This document shows positions 38,901 to 53,500 of a stretch of 64,000 bases of DNA, one piece after another. The stretch comes from Mytilus trossulus (lineage: Eukaryota). The stretch is taken from contig NC_086374.1 in NCBI RefSeq assembly GCF_036588685.1, forward strand, positions 25,668,001 through 25,732,000. Direction: 5' to 3'. The notes under the pieces are model-generated. The model saw only the letters and a list, made by a program, of their open reading frames with translations. It was not told where the DNA came from and ran no database searches. The translations under genes and the position numbers were made by a program. Within the stretch, counting starts at the first letter, position 1. Each line of letters begins with the position of its first letter.

Positions 38901-41900
38901 TGGCTAACATGTTATTCCGTAAACAATTGCATCAGACAATAACATTTATCATGCATGATGACACGAGGTCCCACAAAAAAGTGCACATGTGAATTAAATA
39001 AAACTGGATAAAAATCGTGATTTCATGATTTTAGCTAACAAAATGTAATTATAAGTATTGAATACTTCTTTTTGAAACTTTATAGGGTTGTAAAAGCGTT
39101 GACCGTGCGTACATTTTTAGAATGAAGCGCTTCCGCGCTTCATACAAAATGTACTTCGGTCAACGCTTTTACCACCCAATAAATTTACAAAAAGAAGCAT
39201 TCAATTCTTAAATAAAAAAAAAAACCTAATATGATATAATGCACAAACGACAATCACCGAATGACATGTAACGGACATCAGACCGGCATATATAGAGTGT
39301 AGCGGTGTTACACATATTTTCACCACCAAACCCTCCCTTTACATTTATAGACAGTGGCGGGACCATACTTATGTACCTTGTTTATTTATTTGTTACTTAT
39401 AACCACAAATTACTCTCTATTGATGGCCAATATGTTTTAGATTCATTTCAGCCAAGGCATATTAATGCTGTTTCAATGAATCCATATAGCATTGATGTGT
39501 CATGGATTGGACCTAAATATTTTGAAAATATAAAGAATTATATAATATTTTTTCGTGGATCACGGATAACAGTCAGTCCGTCGCCAGATACACTGAACTA
39601 TTTTACACAACTTCATCACTTGCTACCAGACACTGAATACAAATTAAAAGTAGTAGCTGTCTTAAAAAACGGACAGCGAGATGAAGTGGAATTATTTGCC
39701 CACACGAAAAAGAAAGGTATATATATATATGTTATGCAAAATGCAATGTCTCGAAATATAATTCCATATAGCTCTTCTACTATAGCTCAAAATATTGAAC
39801 ACTTGCACAAAAACAACAACACTCCATATTTTAACTATCAAAACCATATATATATATAGATATAAAGCAATTACAAAATTGAGGCTGTGTATGACAGACG
39901 AATGCCATCTTCAAAGTGAGAGTCATCTGGTTCCCAAAAATATACTAATTTAGAGGATTTCTGCTTACTATTGCATCAAGGGTTAACAATGGTAAACTGT
40001 TGAAGTTATGTAATCAAATGTTTTACGTACGGCACACTGATATGGTTTACCGCTATGGTTTGTATGTGTCACTGATGACCATTTATATGGTTCATTTGTC
40101 GTTACCATAATCATGTCATCTTTCCCTCAATTGTTTAGTGGAGGACAAAAGTTACATACAATTTTGTAAATTTCAGAGAACATGCAACCAAAGCAAATCG
40201 ATTGTTTTGTGATTTCACCCACACAGGTGTGTGTAAGATGGAAACCACCAGACGGGAAACACAAACATTTATTAACAAAATACAAAGTTCGGTGGGGTGA
40301 AAGTGCTAGAAACTATAAAGAGATTGACACTGAATACGCTTCGTGTATTTTACGGGACTTAAATGTAAATACAGAATATACAATACAAGTTAATGTTGTA
40401 ACAAAGAAAGGCAAGTTTGATATACCAATAGAAGTGAAGGAGCCTGCAAGAACAACCATTCGAACGACTACTCGTAAGTTAATAATAGCTCCATATAACT
40501 TTACTTTTGAAACACCGTGCAAATACTTCTTTTTAAAAACGTCTTCACTTTGTTTATTACATGTCTATTTTACATATACGAGCTCTTTCGTAGGCAACAC
40601 AGTACACTGTTATTCTTGTTTGTTTCTCACTAAAAAAACCAAGCACGATTACTTCATTGTTGACCACTAAATGCATTCGAGCTACTTTTTCATATTCAAG
40701 ATTTTAAAGTATTTCATTTAGTATACTTTGTGTGTTTGTCATGTAATTATGCGTTGTCCAATGTTTAAATCTCGACAAGCTAATCTAGTATAATTTTATA
40801 CAACATGTAAGTTATTAAAGAAGAAAATCGTATCCTTTTTCTTATATTTTTCAAAATTATAAGCAGGTTATAAAAAGGAAAATCATAAAAATACTGAACT
40901 CAGAGGATAATCTAATCGGAAAGTCCATAATCACATGACAAAATCAAATGACAAAACGAATGGACAAGAACTGTCATATTCCTGACTTGGAACAGGCAAT
41001 TTCAAATTAGAAAATGGTGGATTAAACCTGGTTTTATAGCGCTAAACCTCTCACTTTGTTGACAGTGTCATCAAATTTCGTTATATTTACAATGATGCGT
41101 GAACTAAACAGAGTTAATAAATGAAATAGTCAAAATGTGGAAAAGCAGTCCTCATCGTGTTACAATTTTTAAAGGAACAATTTAATAGCTAGAACACAAA
41201 AACATCTATCTACAAACACATTCATTGATTCGCGTGTTAGACGTCAGAAAATTTTGTACGTCACATATTTTTGTCTTTCGATGTTTACATAAACAATTTT
41301 AAAATTTCACATGGGCAATGTTAGCATACAAGGTTAAAAAATCAAAAGTATGTAAGAACTAATTTCAGAATATAGACCGAGATTTAAAATAGTCCAAAAG
41401 TTCTATGGAATTTATAAGAATCCAAAAATTGTTCATTCCACTACGCGATAGAAAATTTTTAAGGTTGTGGTTTAACATATTTTCGAATTCATAATAGAAA
41501 TATATCATAATGACATATTATAGAACAATAACATACTGACGGGATTTTTTAAAGTACAGAGTCACATTATATAAGAACCAAAGAAACACAAAAAGTCGCA
41601 TATACAAAACACACCAGCAAAAATGACAGATAATACAAACACCTTGACGGGATGTTTAAGTACCGAGCCACGTTAAATGGATATCTCATAAAACAATTCA
41701 ACAGTAAAAGTAATATTAATAATAGAACAAAGACAAATGAAAGAACAATATACATGTTGTTAAGATGAAGATGATAAACAACATCAGTACGCAGAATCCA
41801 TACATCAAGACCATCATGTATTATTTGTGAAGTTGATACGGAATATTTATCAACAAGGTCCTTCCGATAAACTTTTTTAGAAAAAAAACTTCATGACTTT

Positions 41901-43526
41901 TTCTGTCTCTCTTCGACTTACGAGTTTTTAATTCCCTCAATTGTATTTTATGCCTGATTACTGTTGAATGTCTGATCATCTTATTGAATTTCTCTAACTA
42001 AATGCTTCAAAACTTAAAATTGTTCATTTTCTTTTTTAAGCTGGATCCACATATATTCCAAAAGAACCAGATTTCTTAATTGGCATATCTACGATACCAC
42101 GTTTTGGGAGTTACTTAGACCAAGAAAAAGGTTCAAAGTATCTTTCGGCAATCAAACATCACTTTGAAGACAATCCGAGGTATGTTCAACTAGAATTCTA
42201 TTGAACTAGATATTTACTACAAGAACTGTATGACATATTTATCATGTTGAATGCTGTTGAAGTGATATTGTCAAATATATCGAGCTAATATTAGATTGAA
42301 GTTGATGCTATCTTTCTATTGGCTTGCAAACTATTTTAATTAATGTCCATCACATAAATACACTTGAAAAGTTCCTAAGATAAGATAGGTTATATTCAGT
42401 GCTAGAACAGAATGCTAAAAAGAGGCGTAAATAATTATGAAAAAAAATATTGTTCTACATTAAGGGCATACGATACAGTTTTGATCCATTATTTAAAGTT
42501 TGATGGAAATTTCCATTTAGGCTATTTTTTGCCTGATTAAATCAAATATATAATAAAAAAAAATATACCTTCATATGCTACTTTTTGAGTTAAATGAGGT
42601 CGAAATTTTGTATATTTGCTTACAAAATCGGATTTGGGGCAGTATTTTCCCTTTGAAAGAAAGACATAACTGTTTTTGTTTTAAAAGATAAACACAAATG
42701 TTTTTTTGTTAAATCAATTGTAATTTCTGTATTTTATAAGTATCCTAAAAATTTATGCATTTTTTATTCAGAAATAACTCATATTTATAATCAAATGGTC
42801 AAACATGAATTGAGAAAAAACGTCATTTTTTGCTGTATATTAATATAAATTAAAAAAAAATTGCACTATTAACAGTTTTATAAAATTTGGTTCACATAAT
42901 CTCCCTGCAAAATGAAACAAGATGTCATTTTAAAAAATCGGGGTACATGCACTCGTTTTCAAATTAAATCAGTTTGAATGATAAAAATCAGTCGAAAAAT
43001 GCATCTTTTCCCGATATGTCACAGTTTGACGTCGTGAAAATAACATTTTACGTTAGCAACGTCATTATCTCCCCTTTAACTGTATCTTATGCCCTTAATT
43101 AAGCAAATATATATAACTTCCTGTGTTAAGGATAAACAACATATGACATATAACTGCATGACTCTCCTGTTCACACTTTTACAATATATTTATTTTAGCA
43201 ACGCAATGATTCCCGTGCAAACTGATTCATTTTGATAATTGCAAGTAGATCTAGGTATTTTGTTCAAAACATTTTAAGACATTAATTTAGATTCGTAAAT
43301 ACTAGTATAAAATCAGTTAAGTTAAGAATTGAATTTTTGTTGAACGTAGCTATGTGAAGAAACAATATGTTCAAAGTCTCATTTGTTTTTCAGGCTTGTA
43401 AGGAGAGATATAACAACAGTTCTTCAAGAAGCAAATACCATGGTTAACACAGATGAGAACACCACAGTCAGACAGGTGGCTTTGTTATACTCAACACTGA
43501 CAGGACCTATATACTTTAATTCCTGA
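32919..43526 (+). CDS. Gene D: FN3 - caspase p20 - FN3-FN3-FN3 - caspase p10 (~716 aa), catalytic His replaced
   Basis: Exons (+): 32919-32951, 33643-33721, 34048-34119, 34495-34572, 35014-35313 (FN3), 35508-35609 (..YHMGDKTRG), 36328-36381 (GFALIIVN), 37728-38021 (FVCVFACSG..YGSDG..LQDKPKIVLIDACQG), 38135-38428 (FN3), 39441-39716 (FN3), 40177-40473 (FN3), 42041-42179 (IPKEPDFLIGISTIP..GSKYL) and 43394-43526 (..RQVALLYSTLTGPIYFNS*). All GT-AG; 2151 nt in one frame. FN3 exons show the P..V...S.TSI.VSW..P and L.P.TEY.I.V.A signatures. Confidence 0.85.
39052..39210. repeat. Long imperfect palindrome (~77-bp arms), core of a non-autonomous element in a gene D intron
   Basis: ...gtaaaagcgttgaccg..gtacatttt..atgaagcgc TTCC gcgcttcat..aaaatgtac..cggtcaacgcttttac... 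Confidence 0.85.
40880..41880 (+). repeat. Interspersed repeat family R3 (longest copy)
   Basis: aaaaatactgaactc.gagga.aa...ggaaagtcc...caaaatcaaa..gaatggacaagaactgtcatattcctgacttgg. Related copies occur at ~27405-27960 (+), ~57970-58430 (-), ~22370-22620 (-), ~47665-47831 and ~54775-54860. Boundaries approximate. Confidence 0.8.
42464..43094. mobile_element. MITE with TTAA TSD and GG...CC termini (Kolobok-like), last intron of gene D
   Basis: TTAA|gggcatacgatacagtt ... aactgtatcttatgccc|TTAA; 17-bp TIR with one mismatch; non-coding interior. Confidence 0.75.
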
Positions 43527-43963
43527 CATGCAGAATTGAAAGCAATTCACATCACATTACAAAACTTGTACGTGACTATCTTAAATTCCAACTGAAGAGT
43601 GTAACGTCAACATTTTTTTTATGAATGAAACGTCTGATTCGGGATTAGAACTCAAGACTAGCATTCTCTTTATGAGTAAACAACATGGATTTAGATTTAC
43701 AATTCTATTTGAACTTTGAAGATGATACACTAAACAACTGCGAGCATGTGAATTATATCATAACGTATATTTTGAATGTTTATATATTATTAAGATACAT
43801 TCTGATGCGATATAGTTAGTAGTATTTTCCCCCTTCTTTTCTGCAATCAATGACTAGTGTTCGCTTTATTTGGAATGCTAAGAAGGGTCAAATATTCGAA
43901 CCCCAATAAGGTTACTTTTCAAAAATGTTCTTAACTGAACCTTTATGTATACATAAATGAACG

Positions 43964-44499
43964 TTAAACCTTTCCGAGAAATACGGGATAACGTAATGTT
44001 GTTACAGACTGTGGAATTTCATAATTGTCCAATGAGCATATTATTTCCTTCTTGACATCTTCGACTATACTTTGTATATCTTTCCTGAAAAAAAATAATG
44101 CAAAAACAAAAGTTTGAAAATAAAAGCGGAATAATTCAATTCTATTCTTGAGCATTTTATATATTGGAAAATGTTTGAAGTTAAATAACGCACGATTATA
44201 ATGGAAGTGCGTACGAATCCGAATTCAAAAGTTTGGTATCTTTGAAGACATTTACAAACACTGCATCGGTGGATGTTTCAATAGTCCTTAATCATGACTT
44301 CTGTGTTGGCTCAGTTTGTCATTGCTACGGTCAGAATTTGTATAATTACAGCTCAGAATTTACACATTTGTTTTTAAACACTTAGGACTAAGAAGGCCTT
44401 AAAAAAATATAGGTGTTATTTTCTCTATTGATGATGTTTAATCAAGTTTGGTCTTTCGACTGTTTTCATTCCACTTGTGTGTCGCGTGTAGCCGAAACG

Positions 44500-44539
<40 letters not shown>

Positions 44540-47500
44540 ATAATAATTCTTTATTCCGTAAGCAAATATACAGCTCATAGGATAAAATACATACACAAAT
44601 TATACAGTTTACATAAACATATACAGCAATAATATATAGCGGAGTTTGGCATACAATTTACATTGGTAATAAAGGTACAAAAAAAAAGCCGAAACGGAGT
44701 TGATGAAAGTTTTTAAAACAGTTTATTTTATCCTTTGGTGGGCATGTATTTTAATATGATATATCTTCTGTTCTGAAGGGGAAAAAAATAAGATTTTCGC
44801 AAACTTTCTAAATACTATATCTTTCCTTTTTATTTTTTCCAATCACAATGTTATATCTTGAAATAACACCATACTAGTAAATGTAGAAAACATACTTTTC
44901 GTATTTTTCTCCAAGATGCCTCTTCAAAGTATTAAGAAATGATGACGTTGAAGACTTGTATGCAGTAGTTGCAGTTGCAGATGCAATAAAAAAGTCAGGT
45001 TCTTCCAATAAATACTGAACTGTTGATCCTATAATACACAACAAACAATCGTAACATACCTTATACATACACAAACAAAGCACGTAAAATACATTATATA
45101 TACAAAAAAGCAAAACACCAAAATAAGCTGAAGAAAAAAAAAATTGGTTGACAACTTTTATCTGCAAAATTAGTATACATAAATATTCAGTAGCATGTGA
45201 AATACTGGAAAAAGTAGATAACAAATGTTCAAATCTCTTTTATTCATGTAATTAAAAAAATCTATGTAGAATCTTACAATTAGTGAAACATGAAAAATAA
45301 AGGCAACAGTAGCATACCGCTGTTCAAAACTCATAAATCCATGGACAAAAAACTAAATCGGGGTAACAAACTAAAACCGAGGGAAACGCATTAAATTTAA
45401 GAGGAGAACAACCGACACAACACTGAAATGTAACACACACAGAAACGGACCAAGCATCAGACAAAATCCCACGACAATAACAAATATAACATCAAAAACA
45501 AATACATGAATTTGGGGTAAACTTATCCTGCGAGTTCTGAAGCGGGGACAGTACATATAGATTTTCAACGGTTTCGGGACTTACACATCCTCGGATTTCA
45601 AATGTTTGGCTTTGAGCGTTCCTGATGAAGGTATATCCAGAAAAGCGCTTCGAACGCATGACATTAATAAACGTGTTGTTTTCAATTTTTTATCACTGTG
45701 TCGATACCTCTGTTGGCTGACTATCAGTCCCCGGGGTCATCATCAGCTCAGTAGTCAGAACTTCATACTGACATGATTTTACAAACTTTTCTAAAATTGT
45801 CCGTTTATAAATTTTGAAGTTATCAAGTAACTAAGATTTCAACTCCCTCAGGCAAAGTTGACTTTAGAAGAATTTGGCTATTCATTTTAAGTATTTTTGA
45901 CATGTAGCTCTGTAACGGTTTCGGTACTTATACATCCTCGGATTTCAAATGTTTGTCTTTGAGCGTTCCTGATGAAGGTTAATCTAGCAAACTTCTTCAA
46001 ATGCATGACATAATTAAACATGTTGTTTTCAAGTGTCTCTTGCTATTGATATATATAAACTTAAAACTTGTGATGAGTTGTTACTTACCTGACATCATTG
46101 AAGGCGTTCCTGAAAGGAAATATAGTTAAAGATAAAAAAAAAAAGAGTAATATATGAAAATCCCATATCATGCATATACTACCCAAAGGTTGATGTATGG
46201 CATTAAATAGACAACTAAAATAAGATATCAAACTTCCATGCATTTTTTTTAAATTTGAGAAAATTCAATTATCGGATTATAGAAATATGAATAGTATTAT
46301 TTGAAAATTAAAGATAATTCCTGAATAAAGTTTCGTGTGTGTTTGTGGAGTTTACTTTGGTTATCAGATACTTAAGGCATGTTTTGAATAATGATGTGAT
46401 ACAAGTACAAGCATAACTCTTTTCTTTTCTCGATATTTTAATTACCATTCTTATTCATTTTCACAACTTACGGTCTGCTAGTGTTGTTATATCAATATAT
46501 ACTGGCATACTTTCTTCGTCTCTGACTTCAGTTTCAATGTCAATCACCTTCCCCTCTACAATCGTTGTCACAGATATATTATACTCTGTGCCTTCCTTTA
46601 GATCGTTAAACACAATACATGTATACGTTGTCATCTTCTGACTATACTCTTCGTGTGTTTGATCCCTGATTGACACTTTATAACCCAGAACTGCCCGGGA
46701 CTCAGGTTTTGGTGGTATCCAGTAGACATAGATTTGAGATGACGATACAGCTTCTACTGAAAGTTTTCTAGGCTGCATAAATTCTGAAAAAAATGTGTGA
46801 AGGGTTATATATTTCGTTTGATTTAATGGAAGTCTTTTCCTCCACTTAATTTCTCCTTTGATGTAGTTTAGTTTTAAGAAGGTAATATCGTTGGTTTACA
46901 TTAGATGATTAACCGTTTTTAACGTGAATATCACCTTACCCTGACAAACTTTACAACCTGTATTGTTTGAATCACAGTTAATGACCAAACTCAGTAAGAT
47001 TCTGTCTGAATTCCATTTTAATGATGAATGAATAATACTTACCGTTACCTTGATAACACGTTAGCCTAAATTATCCAATATTCATAATTATTCTGCCGAA
47101 ATCTAGACACGGAAACTTAATTTAAAAAAATCATTAACAGCTATTCTTATCATTTGTCTCATTTTGATATTTTAATAGATTTGATTGATTGTCGTTTAAC
47201 GTCACAATTGTTACTATTGTGCTATTTCGTGACAGTCAGTTTTTATTGGTGGAGGAAGGGATAGTACCCAGAAAGAATAACCAACTTTCGGTAGAAAAAC
47301 TGAAAATCTTTGATATTTCAGTTTCACAAGGTAAAATCAAAACCATCATTTTCGATAAAAGGGAGGAATGTTTTGGTTTTGTTGTTGGTTTTTTAGTATA
47401 CGGTATATTTATTTTCTTTTTCTTTCCCTATTGTTACTTTTCCTTCTGTGGACGTCAATACTACATTCGTATTCAAACATCCTCGTTTGCTTTATTCGTG

Positions 47501-50500
47501 ACTCATGATGTATTAGATTTCAATAAATCAATCTATAATGGGTAAATTGTTATTTGGATGGAAAGTTGTCTCATTGGCACTCAAACCACATCTTTCTATA
47601 TCAAATTATCTTTTTCTAAATTATTTTAAAAGTACAATGTTATTGCTCATTTAGAAAAGTTGAACAACAAAAAACGCCGAACTCCAAGGAAAATTCAAAC
47701 CGGAAAGTCCGTAGTGGCAAGATAAATAAAAGCGGAATTGCAACATGCAATAATTTATATAGTAAATGGTGGATAGAACTTTGTTTTATATCTTGCCAAA
47801 CCTCTTACTAGTATTGTGTTGACAACGATGTCACGGTGGGTATGGTTGTCCTGCGACAGAACGTACTGTGCTGGTGATTTGGTCCTGACGGGTGCTGGTG
47901 GGTCCTGATTCTGTGCTGGTGGGTTTGTTTACATTGTATCAGAACGGCAATAAAACGACTGTTTTGTTGCTTAATTTTTCTCTGATGTGTCATCAGTATC
48001 ATGCAAAGTATATTACAACAATATTATATTGCAAAAGTCGTGCAAGTTCGTTAAACGGAATTGTCCTGACGCTGTGCTGGTGATAAGAAAAACGGTCCTG
48101 GTTCTGTGCTCCTATGTCCTGTTTCTGTGCTTTTATATTTTAGTTAAAAGTGGTATATATTCAAGATCATTGATGCTGTACTATTATTGACTTATTAGCT
48201 GTTGTCTGCTTTCTTGAAATTAACATTGTTGTGAATCTGTTTACTGTTATTATGAGAGAAAAAAATACCCCTATTTTTAAATATTTTTTTTTAAACTAAC
48301 TGTAATCTTATTTATTGGCCTGTTAATGGAACCCTTCTTGCCCCCTTTTAAGATAAGAAAATATGTTTACGATTTTCGGGATTACGATCATTTTGCAAGA
48401 TCACCAAAATACGTTGTAATTTATACAATACTTATATAAAGTAGATGATGTGGTATGTTTGTTGTCAATGGACAAATTTCCATAAGAAACCAAAGGAAGT
48501 ATGTGTTAACAACGATACGTCATCGTACGACCTTCAACAATAATCCATAAAATAAAAATGTAAAAGGTTTTGCATAAAAATGGAGAGCAAAAATAAAGAA
48601 CAAAGGACTTTCTGAGCGTTTGAATCATGTCTTTAGCAGCTTAAAACACATTTGTTTGTGAACAATTGAGTGCTGACTATAAGAATGACAATAGTATTGC
48701 GGGTTTGTTTGTTTGGTGTTGGGTTTTTTTTTGGGGGGGGGGGGGATAAGTCAGAGCGAGGTTACAGTGAAAGCTTGGAATAGTTTTCCGTAAGATTTAA
48801 AAGTTGTATTGTAAAAGAAAAATGTATCTTATAGCTATTAAGAATCACTTGCTGTAAGATTTTTCCAACACATTTTTTTTTGTCTGAACGGTTATCAGGT
48901 AAATTTTTTTCGAAAGTTCGATAGAACACTAAAAAAAATCACTATTTTATGAAAGGGCAGGCTAGAATATGTCAGAGAATGAAGACGAGATAACCTAGAG
49001 AACACTAATAAAATTAAGATTTCTTAGCTTTTTTTCATTTCAAAATAAATATTTTTGATAAAGAATTACGGGGGAGGAAGTGAACAATTTGTCCTTCTTT
49101 TCTATATATAAATATTTTTCATGAATACAAATAAAATGTGCCTTGATTATAATTGAAAATGAGTAAATGGAAAAAATACCCAACTAAAATACACTTTTAT
49201 TTTAATATTGGTAATATCACTAAGCTTTTAAGTTTTGTCTGTCAAACACACCATCTCTGTAGTAATGACTCCTTACTAAGATATTTCACTTTATTCATTT
49301 TTTTTCTGCATTTTTTTATATTGTGAATTCATAGAATTATTATATTAAAATGTAGCCTTAATTTATATTTAAAAAAAACTGAATCTAAAGCCAGATATAT
49401 CAAACATTTTTGTTTCCATCTATCCGTTTTCAGGACTTTAACAATCAACAATAACACGCCTGGAAAGTAAAATGCGTACTCGGCTGTCTGTAATCGACCA
49501 TTTTTAGACACCCCAGGCTCCTAAAAAACAAGCCGGGGTGGGGGTTCAAAGATGCAAATTAAGTTCTTATATCAATATTTTATCTTTTCGTGTACGGTTT
49601 ATGACCCCTCCTGTGGCCTGTCAATTCCGAAATGTGCAAACTGCAATAGTATCAAAACAGCAAAGACAATGAATAATAGAGATATAATTTTGTACATATA
49701 TCAAGGGGAAACTTCTTGCAAAGCATTATTATTTATAGTTCATTATTGTATTTAGTAGAAAAAGAGAATTAAGTGAAAATAAAATCACCATTTTTGTAGA
49801 AAATTCACAGACCTTTGTACAGATATTTTTGTTATGTTTAGCATGGGATCAACAGAATGGTTCATTACCGACGGTAAAAAAAATCTAAATGTCTATCTAC
49901 CTTGCACATTTCATAAAATTCAGATCAGATAACGGAACTGGTTCCAGCAACATTTATAAGCAATTTAAGATTGTGACCCTCACAGTTTCCATTCACCACA
50001 AATATTCTCGTTACAAGAATCATTTTAAATACAAAAATACGTGTTGCATGCAGCCTTTTGTTTATCTATTAATATATGTATACGGATAAAGTTATGAAAG
50101 GCAGCAGGGTCATCAGGGTGAGGAGTCCATGTCATCTGAAATAAATGCTAAGCATAGATCTAGAAAGCGACATTAAAAAAAGTCTCTTCTTTTCGACTTT
50201 TTTCGAACAAATTGACACATAAAATGAATTATATAGTATTGTGGATTTTTTTAATTATTTTAGATACTATATATTAATTGTTATCTGATATTGGACGAAA
50301 GATGTTGCCCTTTTGTGTTATTATGTAATACAAGTTCAGATCATTTGAAAACACATATTAAACAGCCAAATGGATGCACAAGAGCTAAAATAGGAGTCAT
50401 AGATCCTGTTGGCAACAATTATCTGGCTAATTTTATTGATTTTGTAACATTTGTTTCAAATATGACCAACTTCTTATCCAAAATCACCAGCACAATGACA

Positions 50501-53500
50501 GGACCCACCAGCACAGTATCAGGACATGAATAAATTGTGAAAATGCTAAATTTTAATAAATTGCGATGTTTTTTCACAAAATTGTTTTGTCGTGTGGATT
50601 GCGGTATAGAAAGCGGACTCTATGAGCATTTTTGTTTTATTTTTTCAGTTTGAGATTTTCTAAAAATGAGCATTTTTGTGTTACGCTTACTGAAACAGTT
50701 TAGAGGGTCGTTTTTTTAATGGTTTATATATGAACCCCTAAGAAACGAAATTGAAAAATCTCAACTGTTTTCTTCCATTTTGTATGAGTGAAAACGTCAA
50801 AAATCATCATTTTCGTCTTTGTTTACATTTTTTCATTGATCACCAGCACCCGTCAGGACCAAATCACCAGCACAGTACGTTCTCTCGCAGGACAACCATA
50901 CCCACCGTGGATGTGTGAACAAATATAAAGAAATTACGGGGATCTATATTAGCTCTAATCAACATCTTTTTAGATCTTATAATAGTTGCCTCAAGGGTAA
51001 CGATACCACACATCCTTACATGATAGTGTATTAATATATATTTATAAAAATGATGATGTAAATTTGTAATATTACTTAGTTAATTATACTATTAAAAGTG
51101 TGTCTACCACAACTTAATTTTACCTATGAATATTTAATTTAACTTACGTGGTTGAAACGTTGTTAATGTGGCTTTCACTGGCTTTCCAGAATAGCCATCT
51201 TCAAAATCAGCTGAAATTTCCAGGTTATATTCAGTATTAGAATTTAGTTTATCGAATTTGCAGGAATAACTATCGTTTTGTTGATTAAAGGGTACATGTT
51301 TTATTTGTGATGTAAAAGTGTTGTGTAGTAATAACTTAAAGTCCTTCAATTTCCTTTTGGAAAGTTTCGGTCTTTTCCAAGAAGCTTCTAAAACTGTCTT
51401 TGACGTCGATCGAAACTGAACTGCTCTTGGCTGTAACGAGTCTGAAATAAATCACAGAACTAAATGAGTCAATCGCATAAATTTCATGAACAGAAAAGAA
51501 ATATAACCATATCACTAAAAAGAATCATTATTGGTTTTCTAAAGTTTTGCCTTTTTTGAGTATTTTTCCTCTTACTTTTAGCAAAACAAAATATTTCAGT
51601 TAAATATCAAATTTTCCTGAAAACATATAGGATATCTATGAAAAAAGACCACCCAGTACTATTCCACTTTATTTAATGCGTATTCTTTCGGTTGAAATCT
51701 TTTTTATGCAATGTCTACTTGTCATTCTTAAAAGAAAACAATATGTGATTATCCAGTTTCATGCCAACACAAACCTTGCGCTTTAGCAATCTGTACTATA
51801 TAATAATCCAGTCGCCAATAGGAGTACCTACTACATGTAGAAAAAAATTAAAATTTCTAAATCGCTTTAAAAAACTTGATCCCAACTGCCAAAACCTAGC
51901 CAAGAGTTCAAAGCTACTGTTTGAATAAAGCTGCCTGATAAAACAGAAATTGGTCAAAGCCTAAAATGTGACTAATCGATGTATAATGTTTACAATTTTG
52001 TTGCAATATCAAGAAGGGGGAGAAAACATGTCAATATAAATTCTCAAACTATTCGATCATACCAGTTGAAATTAATACAATACAAAATTCGGAATCTTAC
52101 CATCCAATTCTTCGATGACTTGCTCACGTACTTTAAACGCATCAACAAATACAAGTTTGACTTTGCCTTCCCCGATTTCACATTTGTCTTGTTCCTTCTT
52201 ATCGGCAACCCGTAGTGGTTCAAACACTTTGTTCAGTAAAACTGGTATTCCGTCTGTTCCATAAATGTTACCATTATACATGTAACCAGTAACAACACAT
52301 ATAAAGCAGTCATTTTCATGTTGCTCTAGGCGGGATGAATATTTTTCCACTGCCTGAATTATTCCTAGTCCAGTTATATTTTCTTCAATCAAAACTTCAA
52401 ATCCAAAACCTTCTAGTTGTTCTTTAAAGCTGACTTAAAAATAATAAAACTGAGATAAATAAAAGCAACAGTATTATACCGCTGTTCAAAACTCATAAAT
52501 CCATGAACAAAAAACAAAATCGGGGTAACAAACTGAAACTGATGGAAAAGCATTAAATATAAGAGGGGAAAAACGACACAACAAAGATAACATAGAACTT
52601 TATCATCAATTGAAAATGAAAAAAAAAATCTGGACGGGGTTGATGGTATACAATTGGAACATTGAAATCATTCTGTTCTCAATTCTAGTTTAAAGTCATA
52701 TATTTGTGTGAATATCTAGAAAAACGTCAAGACAAGTAGCAACCCTTTAATGTTTGTATGAGATCTGCTTCATATGTAGTACAAAACAAGTCAGTCAGTA
52801 GAGTTGCACAATATTTACCTATTACAACTGTTTGTTGAAATATCAAACCACCAAACACAACAAATATGTTATCATTAGAAAAAAAGTCCGGCATTACAAA
52901 AATGTAATATACATTGTATTTGTTATGAAAATTAGTGTGGATCAAAGTAAGATGTTTCATAATTTTGAGCAAGGAATTTTATTTACGATTTATATTGTTT
53001 GTAGAAAAAGCATTGTATAAGGAAACGATGTAGTCGATTGTTTAACTGGACGTTCGGGATAGTAGGATTGATTGTAGAAAAAAGTTTTGAAAAATTCTAA
53101 ATATTAACATACTTATTTCTTTTGGGAATATCAATAAACTTACATATATCTGTTTGAATACCATCTAGATCCGTTAGATGAGACAATTGGAAATTCGAAT
53201 GGTTTGCTATGATTAACGCAAATCCATTTACTACAATACAAATGTTTCCATGTTATCATTATATTCCTTTTTTCGAAAATAAAATCTTCTGCATTGAAGT
53301 TGATCATTACTTAAAACATACATTTTAACAAATTCTTAGTTGATAATTTTTCATATCTCGTATAAATACGGTCCAAATTCTTGCAAACAACTTAAAAGCT
53401 CTCCACATGCTGTACGTTCCTGTCACAAGTCTGTAACTCAGGGGTTGCCGTTTGATGTTGTATAGCAAAATTGTCTTTTGTTTTGTGTTTTATACATAAA

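Noticed and set aside
47900-50840. Transposase gene inside the Transib-like element
   Set aside because: Only short ORFs (80 aa or less) with no recognisable RAG1/Transib motifs.
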